64,000 bases of DNA from Octopus sinensis (Eukaryota): the NCBI RefSeq assembly GCF_006345805.1, contig NC_043001.1, positions 20,212,001 to 20,276,000 of the forward strand. Direction: 5' to 3'. A program made the translations under genes and the position numbers. Below the pieces are notes generated by a model that saw only the letters and a list, made by a program, of their open reading frames with translations, did no database searches and was not told the origin of the DNA. Positions within the stretch are counted from its first letter, which is position 1. The number at the start of each line of letters is the position of its first letter. Below, piece after piece: positions 11,864-23,710 of the stretch.

Positions 11864-14451
11864 TCACTGCCTGGAATTGAACTTGGAATCTTGGGGTTAG
11901 TAACCTGTGCTCTTAACCACTACGCCAAGTTCTAAATTCATGAGAAGTTTCATAAAAACAGTCTCTGGTTGTTGAACAACAATTTTGAAATTGTTTATAT
12001 TTCTGGTGCACTTTAGAGAAAATAAATATATTTTGATGCACTTTGGTTATAAAACTAAAAAAAATATTTAGATATTTAACCTAATTTAAACTATAAAAAT
12101 TATGAATTAATTCTTTATTCAATAAATAATTCATAGTTTTTGAAGACTATATATTTAGAATTTCCTTTTATATTTTTCACACTTATAGATATAAATTTAT
12201 ATTTGAAGAACACCAAACTACATCTCATGGTATACAACGTGTAATGAAATTTGGCAACTATTTATCTTCATGAAGGGGTAAAGAGTAAGGACCCCCTTTT
12301 GGTCATGAATAACCATGGGATTGCACCTAGAAAGTTACCTTCAGAGGCACAAGTCCAGGTAAAGTTGTTTATGGAGGACCAGCAATTGCCCATGCATACC
12401 AGCCTCCCTTCACACCACCGGTGTTATCCAAGGGATGAAAATTCATGGAGGGATTTGCAAAAAATGTAAAACTGGTGAAATGGTGTCGGCTGCATGAGAG
12501 TCCACCTACCATGATGGAATATGAGAGACTAAAAAGAAAAATTCGATTGTAATTTTTATGATATTCATTTATGAAAAAGGGAAAAATTGTCGAAATGTAA
12601 CCACTCGACTTTGGAGGTCGGGTGGGCATTGTGCCTCATTTATATTTTTTAATATTTTCATCGTTACCAAAGTCGCCTTACTGGCACTTGAGCTGGTGGC
12701 ATGCGTAAAAGGATTCGAGCAAGGTCATTGCCAGTACTGCCTGACTAGCCCCCGTACCGGTGGCATGTAAAAAGAACCCACCACACTCTCGGAGTGGTTG
12801 GCGTTAGGAAGGGCATCCAGCTGTAGAAACCCTGGTGCGGCTGTCTGGTTCGCCAGCCCTCAGTCAAAATCGTCCAACCCATGCTAGCATGGAAAGCGGA
12901 AATTAAACGATGATGAACGATGATGAATATTTTCCTTTGCTTCTTTTATTTTTTCGTCTTTATTAATCTTCTTTTCGTATTTTAAGTTCCCCGATTTTAT
13001 GTTTGTCACGTTTTGTATTGTCCTATTCTGTGTATAGCCCTTTGTGGGTAATAAAAAATTCAATGTCATGCAAGGGAGAGGCAAAGGGGCCAACACAGCT
13101 TGGCCCCAGTGGCATTGCAGCTCATTTCTACAGCTGAGTGAACTGGAATAAGGTGAAATAAAGTGTCTTGCTCAGGACGATTCCCAGACCGGGCGTTGTG
13201 AGTGTTTATTGAGCGAAAACACCTAAAAGCTCCACGAGGCTCCGGCAGGGATGGTGGTGATCCCTGCTGTACTCTTTCACCACAACTTTCTCTCACTCTT
13301 ACTTCCTGTTTCTGTTGTACCTGTATTTCAAGGGGCCGGCTTTGTCACTCTCTGTGTCACGCTGAATATCCCAGAGAACTACGTTAAGGGTACACGTGTC
13401 TGTGGAGTGCTCAGCCACTTACACGTTAATTTCACGAGCAGGCTGTTCCGTTGATCGGATCAACCGGAACCCTCGTCGTCGTAACCGACGGAGTGCTTCC
13501 CTTGCTCAGGAACACAAGATACAGCCCAGTCTGGGAATCAAACTCACTACCTTACGATTATGAGCCTGATGTTCTAACCACTGAGCCATCACAATTAGTA
13601 GCTTAATTGGCTTAGTTGTTAGAGCGTTGGAGTCACAATCTTGAGCAAAACACTTTATTTCATGCTGCTCCCTTCCAATCTGCTACTAAAAATGAGTAAT
13701 CTTGTGATGGACTGCCAGAGAAACAGGAAACTGGACCCATGGTCCTTACAGAGTAATGTGGACTAACCATTATCACTAACCATTAAGGGGGTCCATTGAC
13801 AAAGTCATTAGAGTGTAAAAGAGAATTCCTTGCGATATTTTCTGTTTCTATATGCTCTGAATTCATATACTGCTGAGACCAGTTTTGCCTTTCACCCTTT
13901 ATCAGAGTTGATAAATAAAAAGTTGGAAATCCAGGTCATTCCTCTCTCTTTCCCTCTCTCTCAAACCTGAGGTGGTGGGGGTTAGTCAATTCATTCAACC
14001 CTATCTCTCTTCCAAATTCCACAGTGATCTCTAGAAGGAAGTAATGATGTGCGTGTGTGTTTATTGAGCGAAAACACCTAAAAGCTCCACAAGGCTCCGG
14101 CAGGGGGTGGTGATCCCTGCTGTACTCTTTCACCACTCTTTCTTCTGTTGGCTTGCTCGCTTAGCCAGCGGGGTGGCGTCATTCAAAGGCTAAAACAATG
14201 CGAACGCATTGTAACCAGCGATGTGTAACAACATCTGATGGTCTGGTCGGTCACGTGATCACGTGATATATATATTTATATACCCATATATATTTCTCTA
14301 TGTATAGAAGTACATGTGTGAATATATCATCATCATCATCATCATCATTGTTTAACGTCTGCTTTCCATGCTAGCATGGGTTAGACCCACACACACACAT
14401 ATATATACATAGATATAAAAGCACAGTCACAAATAATGATTATTAATCATG

Positions 14452-14521
14452 ACAATTGTTTCGACACATCTAGCATCGATTTCTCATGAGGAATCAATGC
14501 TAGATGTGTCGAAACAATTGT
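14452..14521. repeat. 70-bp near-perfect hairpin containing two hammerhead 3'-half motifs
   Basis: 25-bp arms acaattgtttcgacacatctagcat / atgctagatgtgtcgaaacaattgt around a ctcatgag centre. Confidence 0.85.
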
Positions 14522-14560
14522 ATAAATTCTCGTATATTCCATCTTCTGTCTTTCGTTTGC

Positions 14561-14615
<55 letters not shown>

Positions 14616-14750
14616 GAAAGAATGGAGTCGAACGAAGATGTTAACAAAATTCCTTTACTCTCGACATATGTTTCGAAGACAACATGTTTTCATTCCAAAT
14701 TTTCCATACTGACGATAAACATAGGATAATTCATTCACCTATATATATAT

Positions 14751-14816
<66 letters not shown>

Positions 14817-14958
14817 AATATAAGAGAGTGGTCACTATATTGCTCACTCTAGCACCAGTTAATCCAAAAGGTTTCAACCACGAAAATACATGATTCCCAT
14901 GAAAGCCAGTACGACTGTTAGCTCACACGGACAGGGCAAGTAAAAAATAACAAAAATA

Positions 14959-15054
14959 CAGATTATTTTGGGACAATTGTTTCGCTATTAATGAATTAAA
15001 TGTAATATTACTTACAAAAAAATCCATTTGTAGCTCGTCAGCCAAGACTATCTG
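14959..15054 (-). ncRNA. Type I hammerhead ribozyme (array copy 1)
   Basis: Reverse complement of the motif at 16573-16668; CTGACGA core at 15035-15041. Confidence 0.8.
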
Positions 15055-15493
15055 GATGAAATCCACTCAATCACACGCCAGATTTTACCATAACGATAAA
15101 TACGCGTGTGGTTCAATTGATTACATCCGACGTTATAATTCAAATGCCCCAGCCAACAGCGCGCCAAACTTTCACGGAAAACAAATACAGCATTTAGAAA
15201 TAAATGCAGCATAATTATAATTAATTAATAAGGGTGAGAGAATTAGATACTAATTTAATAGTATATTTATTCAACACCAAGTGGCCTAGTGCTACGAGAA
15301 ACCTGGATTATTATAATATTTTATAACATATTACAATATTTTTACAAAATAAATATAAGAGAGTGGTCACTATATTGCTCACTCTAGCACCAGTTAATCC
15401 AAAAGGTTTCAACCACGAAAATACATGATTCCCATGAAAGCCAGTACGACTGTTAGCTCACACGGACAGGGCAAGTAAAAAATAACAAAAATA

Positions 15494-15589
15494 CAGATTA
15501 TTTTGGGACAATTGTTTCGCTATTAATGAATTAAATGTAATATTACTTACAAAAAAATCCATTTGTAGCTCGTCAGCCAAGACTATCTG
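15494..15589 (-). ncRNA. Type I hammerhead ribozyme (array copy 2)
   Basis: Intact core at 15570-15576. Confidence 0.8.
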
Positions 15590-16027
15590 GATGAAATCCA
15601 CTCAATCACACGCCAGATTTTACCATAACGATAAATACGCGTGTGGTTCAATTGATTACATCCGACGTTATAATTCAAATGCCCCAACCAACAGCGCGCC
15701 AAACTTTCACGGAAAACAAATACAGCATTTAGAAATAAATGCAGCATAATTATAATTAATTAATAAGGGTGAGAGAATTAGATACTAATTTAATAGTATA
15801 TTATTCAACACCAAGTGGCCTAGTGCTACGAGAAACCTGGATTATTATAATATTTTATAACATATTACAATATTTTTACAAAATAAATATAAGAGAGTGG
15901 TCACTATATTGCTCACTCTAGCACCAGTTAATCCAAAAGGTTTCAACCACGAAAATACATGATTCCCATGAAAGCCAGTACGACTGTTAGCTCACACGGA
16001 CAGGGCAAGTAAAAAATAACAAAAATA

Positions 16028-16123
16028 CAGATTATTTTGGGACAATTGTTTCGCTATTAATGAATTAAATGTAATATTACTTACAAAAAAATCCATTTGT
16101 AGCTCGTCAGCCAAGACTATCTG
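16028..16123 (-). ncRNA. Type I hammerhead ribozyme (array copy 3)
   Basis: Intact core at 16104-16110. Confidence 0.8.
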
Positions 16124-16572
16124 GATGAAATCCACTCAATCACACGCCAGATTTTACCATAACGATAAATACGCGTGTGGTTCAATTGATTACATCCGAC
16201 GTTATAATTCAAATGCCCCAACCAACAGCGCGCCAAACTTTCACGGAAAACAAATACAGCATTTAGAAATAAATGCAGCATAATTATAATTAATTAATAA
16301 GGGTGAGAGAATTAGATACTAATTTAATAGTATATTTATTCAACACCAAGTGGCCTAGTGCTACGAGAAACCTGGATTATTATAATATTTTATAACATAT
16401 TACAATATTTTTACAAAATAAATATAAGAGAGTGGTCACTATATTGCTCACTCTAGCACCAGTTAATCCAAAAGGTTTCAACCACGAATTATAACGTCGG
16501 ATGTAATCAATTGAACCACACGCGTATTTATCGTTATGGTAAAATCTGGCGTGTGATTGAGTGGATTTCATC

Positions 16573-16668
16573 CAGATAGTCTTGGCTGACGAGCTACAAA
16601 TGGATTTTTTTGTAAGTAATATTACATTTAATTCATTAATAGCGAAACAATTGTCCCAAAATAATCTG
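16573..16668 (+). ncRNA. Type I hammerhead ribozyme (array copy 4)
   Basis: Stem I cagatagtcttgg/ccaaaataatctg; core CTGACGA 16586-16592; stem II GCTA 16593-96 / TAGC 16640-43 around a 43-nt insert; GAAAC-AATT-GTC with palindromic ACAATTGT; predicted cleavage after C16655. Confidence 0.82.
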
Positions 16669-17105
16669 TATTTTTGTTATTTTTTACTTGCCCTGTCCGT
16701 GTGAGCTAACAGTCGTACTGGCTTTCATGGGAATCATGTATTTTCGTGGTTGAAACCTTTTGGATTAACTGGTGCTAGAGTGAGCAATATAGTGACCACT
16801 CTCTTATATTTATTTTGTAAAAATATTGTAATATGTTATAAAATATTATAATAATCCAGGTTTCTCGTAGCACTAGGCCACTTGGTGTTGAATAAATATA
16901 CTATAAATTAGTATCTAATTCTCTCACCTTATTAATTAATTATAATTATGCTGCATTTATTTCTAAATGCTGTATTTGTTTTCCGTGAAAGTTTGGCGCG
17001 CTGTTGGTTGGGGCATTTGAATTTTAACGTCGGATGTAATCAATTGAACCACACGCGTATTTATCGTTATGGTAAAATCTGGCGTGTGATTGAGTGGATT
17101 TCATC

Positions 17106-17201
17106 CAGATAGTCTTGGTTGACGAGCTACAAATGGATTTTTTTGTAAGTAATATTACATTTAATTCATTAATAGCGAAACAATTGTCCCAAAATAATCT
17201 G
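17106..17201 (+). ncRNA. Type I hammerhead ribozyme, core variant TTGACGA (array copy 5)
   Basis: Same motif with a C3-to-U change at 17119. Confidence 0.6.
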
Positions 17202-17640
17202 TATTTTTGTTATTTTTTACTTGCCCTGTCCGTGTGAGCTAACAGTCGTACTGGCTTTCATGGGAATCATGTATTTTCGTGGTTGAAACCTTTTGGATTA
17301 ACTGGTGCTAGAGTGAGCAATATAGTGACCACTCTCTTATATTTATTTTGTAAAAATATTGTAATATGTTATAAAATATTATAATAATCCAGGTTTCTCG
17401 TAGCACTAGGCCACTTGGTGTTGAATAAATATACTATTAAATTAGTATCTAATTCTCTCACCCTTATTAATTAATTATAATTATGCTGCATTTATTTCTA
17501 AATGCTGTATTTGTTTTCCGTGAAAGTTTGGCGCGCTGTTGGTTGGGGCATTTGAATTATAACGTCGGATGTAATCAATTGAACCACACGCGTATTTATC
17601 GTTATGGTAAAATCTGGCGTGTGATTGAGTGGATTTCATC

Positions 17641-17736
17641 CAGATAGTCTTGGCTGACGAGCTACAAATGGATTTTTTTGTAAGTAATATTACATTTAAT
17701 TCATTAATAGCGAAACAATTGTCCCAAAATAATCTG
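17641..17736 (+). ncRNA. Type I hammerhead ribozyme (array copy 6)
   Basis: Intact core at 17654-17660; predicted cleavage after 17723. Confidence 0.8.
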
Positions 17737-18174
17737 TATTTTTGTTATTTTTTACTTGCCCTGTCCGTGTGAGCTAACAGTCGTACTGGCTCTCATGGGA
17801 ATCATGTATTTTCGTGGTTGAAACCTTTTGGATTAACTGGTGCTAGAGTGAGCAATATAGTGACCACTCTCTTATATTATTTTGTAAAAATATTGTAATA
17901 TGTTATAAAATATTATAATAATCCAGGTTTCTCGTAGCACTAGGCCACTTGGTGTTGAATAAATATACTATTAAATTAGTATCTAATTCTCTCACCCTTA
18001 TTAATTAATTATAATTATGCTGCATTTATTTCTAAATGCTGTATTTGTTTTCCGTGAAAGTTTGGCGCGCTGTTGGTTGGGGCATTTGAATTATAACGTC
18101 GGATGTAATCAATTGAACCACACGCGTATTTATCGTTATGGTAAAATCTGGCGTGTGATTGAGTGGATTTCATC

Positions 18175-18270
18175 CAGATAGTCTTGGCTGACGAGCTACA
18201 AATGGATTTTTTTGTAAGTAATATTACATTTAATTCATTAATAGCGAAACAATTGTCCCAAAATAATCTG
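18175..18270 (+). ncRNA. Type I hammerhead ribozyme (array copy 7)
   Basis: Intact core at 18188-18194; predicted cleavage after 18257. Confidence 0.8.
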
Positions 18271-18709
18271 TATTTTTGTTATTTTTTACTTGCCCTGTCC
18301 GTGTGAGCTAACAGTCGTACTGGCTTTCATGGGAATCATGTATTTTCGTGGTTGAAACCTTTTGGATTAACTGGTGCTAGAGTGAGCAATATAGTGACCA
18401 CTCTCTTATATTTATTTTGTAAAAATATTGTAATATGTTATAAAATATTATAATAATCCAGGTTTCTCGTAGCACTAGGCCACTTGGTGTTGAATAAATA
18501 TACTATTAAATTAGTATCTAATTCTCTCACCCTTATTAATTAATTATAATTATGCTGCATTTATTTCTAAATGCTGTATTTGTTTTCCGTGAAAGTTTGG
18601 CGCGCTGTTGGTTGGGGCATTTGAATTATAACGTCGGATGTAATCAATTGAACCACACGCGTATTTATCGTTATGGTAAAATCTGGCGTGTGATTGAGTG
18701 GATTTCATC

Positions 18710-18805
18710 CAGATAGTCTTGGCTGACGAGCTACAAATGGATTTTTTTGTAAGTAATATTACATTTAATTCATTAATAGCGAAACAATTGTCCCAAAATA
18801 ATCTG
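18710..18805 (+). ncRNA. Type I hammerhead ribozyme (array copy 8)
   Basis: Intact core at 18723-18729; predicted cleavage after 18792. Confidence 0.8.
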
Positions 18806-19079
18806 TATTTTTGTTATTTTTTACTTGCCCTGTCCGTGTGAGCTAACAGTCGTACTGGCTCTCATGGGAATCATGTATTTTCGTGGTTGAAACCTTTTGG
18901 ATTAACTGGTGCTAGAGTGAGCAATATAGTGACCACTCTCTTATATTTATTTTGTAAAAATATTGTAATATGTTATAAAATATTATAATAATCCAGGTTT
19001 CTCGTAGCACTAGGCCACTTGGTGTTGAATAAATATACTATTAAATTAGTATCTAATTCTCTCACCCTTATTAATTAAT

Positions 19080-19114
<35 letters not shown>

Positions 19115-20329
19115 GTATATATATATATATAAGCTTTTTTGAAAAAGAAATTTTTAAAAGTCTATTTTCAAAAAACATCCTGGTGCTGCTCTTTGGCTTA
19201 CCAGTTCCAGTCAAACCGTCTAACCCATGCCAGGATGGAAAGCGGACGTTAAATGATGTTGATAATGATGAAAACAATATGTGCATTCCCAAATTAAAGA
19301 AGTTAAAGAGACAGATGCAGCTAATGTTTCGTGGGATTATCTGTAAATTAACATTTGTTGGAAAATCATAGTTTTAGAAAGAAATAACGGAATTTAACAT
19401 TTTGGCGTCGATTCAATCAATTCAGTCTCCAAAAAGTTACCGCAAAAAAAAAAAAAAAATCTTGTGAAAGGTATCATCTCCCTTGAATCTAAAAATAGAG
19501 TTATTTCCCTTGGTTTATAAATTTACGAAGCTTTTTCATATATTTAATTTTTTTTTTATATAAATGTAATTTTAAAGTTATCATTTATAAATAATGGTAA
19601 ACTTTATCTTTAAAGCCAGCCTCTGAAAATGTTTATTTATTATTTATTAAATAGGAACGTTGGTAATTTCGTTCTTGTATTTGTTTTTTCTGGATCCTTG
19701 ATGTAAAAATCTTCTGTTGAAACACGTTTTTTGCACCATGGGAGGGTCATTTTGTCAATAAAAACATGCACTGATTATGTTTCACTGACTTTTATTATTA
19801 TCAGCGACCTAAGGCGGTGAGCTGGCCGAGCTAAATGCTTAGCAGCATTTCGTCTGTCTTTACATTCTGAGTTCAATTCCCACTGAGGTCAACTTTGACT
19901 TTCATCCTTTGGGGTTGATAAAAGAAGTCCCAGTTGAACACTAGGGTTACTATAATAGATAAGTTCCCTTTCCCTAAACTGATCATGTAACAGATAGAGG
20001 GAAACCAAATATGATTAAAATAGAGACCCCACCCCAAAAAATAAAAAATACTGATAATGTCGGATCAAAGGTTTTGCTACAGAAATATGGTAGTGGTATA
20101 ATGAAAAGAAACTGGGCTATAGAACTGAGACATGAGTCATGCAGCACCAACAATGAAACACACCACATCAGTTGGTCAAGGGACTAAGAGACATTGGAAC
20201 TGAGATCTAGTTTTCACTGTTTATTTATTCTGCAAGAATTTTTTCCAAAGTGCTTGAGAGCTGAAGAGACTTGATATCACTAAATTTTAACATCTCAAGT
20301 TAGTAAACATGATCGACAAGGAACTTTGA

Positions 20330-20547
20330 AAATGATGATGATGATGATGACGACAATGATAACAACAATGATGATGATGACAATGATAACTACAATGATG
20401 ATGACGATGACAACGACAACAATAATGGCAACAATGACAATAATGATGATGATGATGATGATGATAATGATGACAATGATGAGGATACTGGTGGTGATAG
20501 TATTGACAATAGCAATAATGATGATAAAGTCAGTGGTGGTGATGGCA

Positions 20548-20586
<39 letters not shown>

Positions 20587-20630
20587 GTGATAGATGATGG
20601 CAATGATGATGATGATGATGATGATGATGG
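20330..20630. repeat. Degenerate (GAT/GAC/AAT)n trinucleotide microsatellite
   Basis: Direct inspection; source of the spurious poly-M and poly-I ORFs. Confidence 0.95.
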
Positions 20631-21149
20631 TTGCTGTAAACTATTGGTTTATTTATTTATAATAAGCATGTATAAGTTAATGTATAATAAATTAATTTAA
20701 TAAGCTTTACTGTGTATTCATCCCATTGTGACAATATCTAAATATACAGACAAGACCAGAATTTAGAGGAGAGGTTCAGTACTCGATTAGTGTTTTATTT
20801 TATCAACTCTGGAGGGACAAAAGGTAGAATTTGAACACAGAATATTAAAAGACATAACTAATTACCTAGTGACGATTTGTCAAACATTCTAGAAATTCAG
20901 CCTCCCCACCACCCTCATTAATTTTATTATGATACCATAAATTTGGCACTGTGATGGAAGCAATTATAAGTGAAATAAAAGTAATGTCTAAAAAAGGATA
21001 AACATTGTTTTATACATGATCACTTTTCAAAAATATTATTATGTTTATAATTTCTTTTGCCTTGGTACAAATGCAAGTGTTTTAATGTGTTAGGTTGTTC
21101 AGAAAATAATGGCTGATTTTAAAAATAAGCCTACATTCTTGAAAAACTG

Positions 21150-22100
21150 GACTTAGACAAAGGTTTAATTATTCAAAATATGATCCATGAACAGTTATGT
21201 ATTTCTCCCATTGGTTAAAAAGGTCATTTATGCTGCTTCAATAAAAATCCAAAGGTTTTGATGCCAAGAAATTCTTGAATTCAGTTTGACCTTTGTTTTG
21301 GAACGGAAAGTCTTTTGCTTTAAAAAAGTGTCTAGATGCTTAAAAATGTGAGAGTTGGTGGACGAAAGAATTGGGAGAATATGGAAGATGTGGTAAAGCC
21401 TCTTATCACAAGTCTGTGAGCTTCTGCAGGTCATCCTGGAAACTTGTAGTCGAGTGTTGTTGTGGAGCAGAATCGGGCCTCATCAAAGGCAGCAAGCTGG
21501 CAGAAACGTTAGCACGCCACATGAAATGCTTAGCGATATTTCGTCTGCCATTACGTTCTGAGTTCAAATTCCGCCGAGGTTGACTTTACCTTTCATCCTT
21601 TTGGGGCCAATAAATTAAGTGCCAGTTATGCACTGGGGTCGATGTAATTGACTTAATCTCTTTGTCTGTCCTTGTTTGTCCTCTCTGTGTTTAGCCCTTT
21701 GTGGGTAGTAAAGAAATAGGTATTTCATCTGCTGCTACATTCTGAGTTCAAATTCCACTGAGGTCAACTTTGCCTTTCATCCTCTCGGGGTCGATGATTA
21801 AGTACCAACTGAGAACACGGGGGTCGATGTAATCAACTTAATCCGTTTGTCTGTCCTTGTTTGTCCCCTCTATGTTAAGCCCCTTGTGGGCAATAAAGAA
21901 ATAAGAATTGGGCCACATCGATTAATAAGTGCAGGTCTCATTTTGCTCAAGTGAACACGCACTTCTTCCAGTTGCTTACAAGTAAACTTCTGATGTAATG
22001 TTCTGGTTAGGTTCCAGAAAGCTGTATTGTTTTCAAATGCTCATCGTCATGGGTGGATGAATGTTCTCTACCTTCTTGTAAGAATGTTGAATTGGATGCT
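21150..22100 (-). mobile_element. Degenerate mariner transposase relic split by family-B SINEs
   Basis: Minus-strand fragments QKFTCKQLEEVRVHLSKMRPALINRCGPI, LLHNNTR and SHIFKHLDTFLKQKTF match the mariner catalytic region (RPALVNRKGPILLHDNARPH type). Confidence 0.75.
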
Positions 22101-22639
22101 TTATAGTATTTGTTTCAGCTCTTGATATTCTGAGTTCAAATCTCACCATGATCTACTTGAGTAGTAGACTTAATCTATCACCTAGTTTAACACCAATACC
22201 CGGTACCCTTGGTGCCATTAGCAGAATATACACCATTGCAAGCATTTGTGCCAAATATCCAGTTTGAAGATAACTCCCTGCCTCCCTCCCAGCAGTCCAG
22301 GATGCCCCTGTGAAGGGCCATGTGCAGTACCTTCCTCTTGATTTAAATATGAAGAAGGGAAAAAAAATAATAACTTTATCATTTTATTCTATTTTAGCTG
22401 AAGAACAAGAACCTGAAATGTTAGACTATCTAGTTTTCATGGCAACATTATCTAGACCCTGCAATTTTAATCTTCATTTTAACTATTATACTTATGTTAA
22501 TTCCAATTCCACATCTACAAAGCTTTTGGTTCCATCAGAGATTGTACAGTTATTTAATTCCAAGTATTGTCAACATGGTCCTCCTCATGTTTTGGACATA
22601 TTTACATTTTAATGACATTTAACTGAAAGATATCAAATG

Positions 22640-23115
22640 TTATTGTAATTAATTTTCTTGAGAAATACAGATATTTTGTTACTGTTTTAGTGTCTGAAAT
22701 ATTATCTGAATATGTATATGGATCCAGAAACAAAATTATTTGACTGGAAATCTAAATTCACACTACTTTCCCAGGAATAATTATTTTTAATCTGTTATTT
22801 TTGAAGCCTTGTCAAAACTGAAGTTAGACAAAGTATCGTTAATTTCAGATTTGGGGAACATGTCAGTGTACCAATTAGGAAACATCCTTTGTTTATAGTC
22901 TTGAGAAACTATATTGTATTTCTCGACTTTCTTTCCAGTTCATTTGGAATTTTATATAGTATCTACTTGGTTGTATTGCAGACTGTTGGTCATTTATGTC
23001 ACACAAGAGATTTTCAATTTGATTCAAGTCCAGACTATTATTATTTCCCAAAACATTTGGCCTGTATAAGTAATAGATATTGCTTTGGAAATCAGAGCAC
23101 AGCTCGGATTTCCAT
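22640..23115 (-). pseudogene. Decayed partial duplicate of the IL-17R-like terminal exon
   Basis: About 90% identical by eye to 23905-24200 (LCSDFQSNIYYLYRPNVLGNNNSLDLNQIENLLCDI...MNWKESREIQ), with a ~14-nt frameshifting deletion; diverged tail ISVFLKKINYNN vs LSAFLERINERN. Confidence 0.85.
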
Positions 23116-23269
23116 CTGTGTTGCATCTGCTTTGATTGCTCAGCACTTATCATATATATACAACAGTCATCATCCATGGACATCACTTGCCCAGACAAGT
23201 GCAATATTCTCCCTTGCACACCACGTCTGATTCCTTTTATATTTGACTTTTCTTCCAGTTCATTTATAT

Positions 23270-23560
23270 TGTGTTAATTGTACACACTAACATCACGCAT
23301 CCAGTTGAACATGTTTGCTGCATGTCTTTCCAGTCCTCACAAAAATCTCTGCATTTAAGGCTCATGTTTTATCACCATGCATAAACATCATACAATCTGT
23401 CCTTCATTCTGAAAAAAGAAACCCTTCTTTTATCTGTAGAAGTAGTAGCTCCCTGAAATTTCTTCACCTCATCCTTACTCACCTCCATGCATTTGGTATA
23501 CCCACTTCCACTCCTAATTCGGTTACCTAGATAAAAGAAGCTATTAACAATTATTAGGGA
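23270..23560 (-). mobile_element. RTE-clade LINE fragment (post-RT region)
   Basis: Degenerate F.YLG..I.SG.G / GRLYDV / LERHAANMFNWMRDVSV pattern of RTE ORF2. Confidence 0.65.
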
Positions 23561-23710
23561 GCTGTCTGAGCATTTCTAGTACAAAAATACTCATAATGTT
23601 TACCATGCCCATGTAATAGGTTCTCTTAAATGCCACTCTCATATGAATTGTAACATCAAGCTTGTAATCTGGCTTGTGTCCTCTGAAATATTTGACCAGC
23701 AAATTATCCA

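Larger units (their letters stand above)
14813..19080. repeat. ~535-bp tandem array with central head-to-head inversion, flanked by (AT)n; retrozyme/Penelope-pLTR-like
   Basis: Marker taagagagtg at 14821, 15356, 15890 and 16425; its reverse complement at 16797, 17330, 17865, 18399 and 18934; orientation switch at 16486-16488; one hammerhead per full unit. Confidence 0.97.

Noticed and set aside
14251-14266. Double E-box palindrome tcacgtgatcacgtga as a regulatory site
   Set aside because: It forms the 3' tail of a SINE-like repeat; no promoter context can be shown
14813-19080. CRISPR array or protein-coding tandem repeat
   Set aside because: Units are ~535 bp and identical throughout with no variable spacers, there are no cas genes, the context is eukaryotic, and no ORF spans a unit
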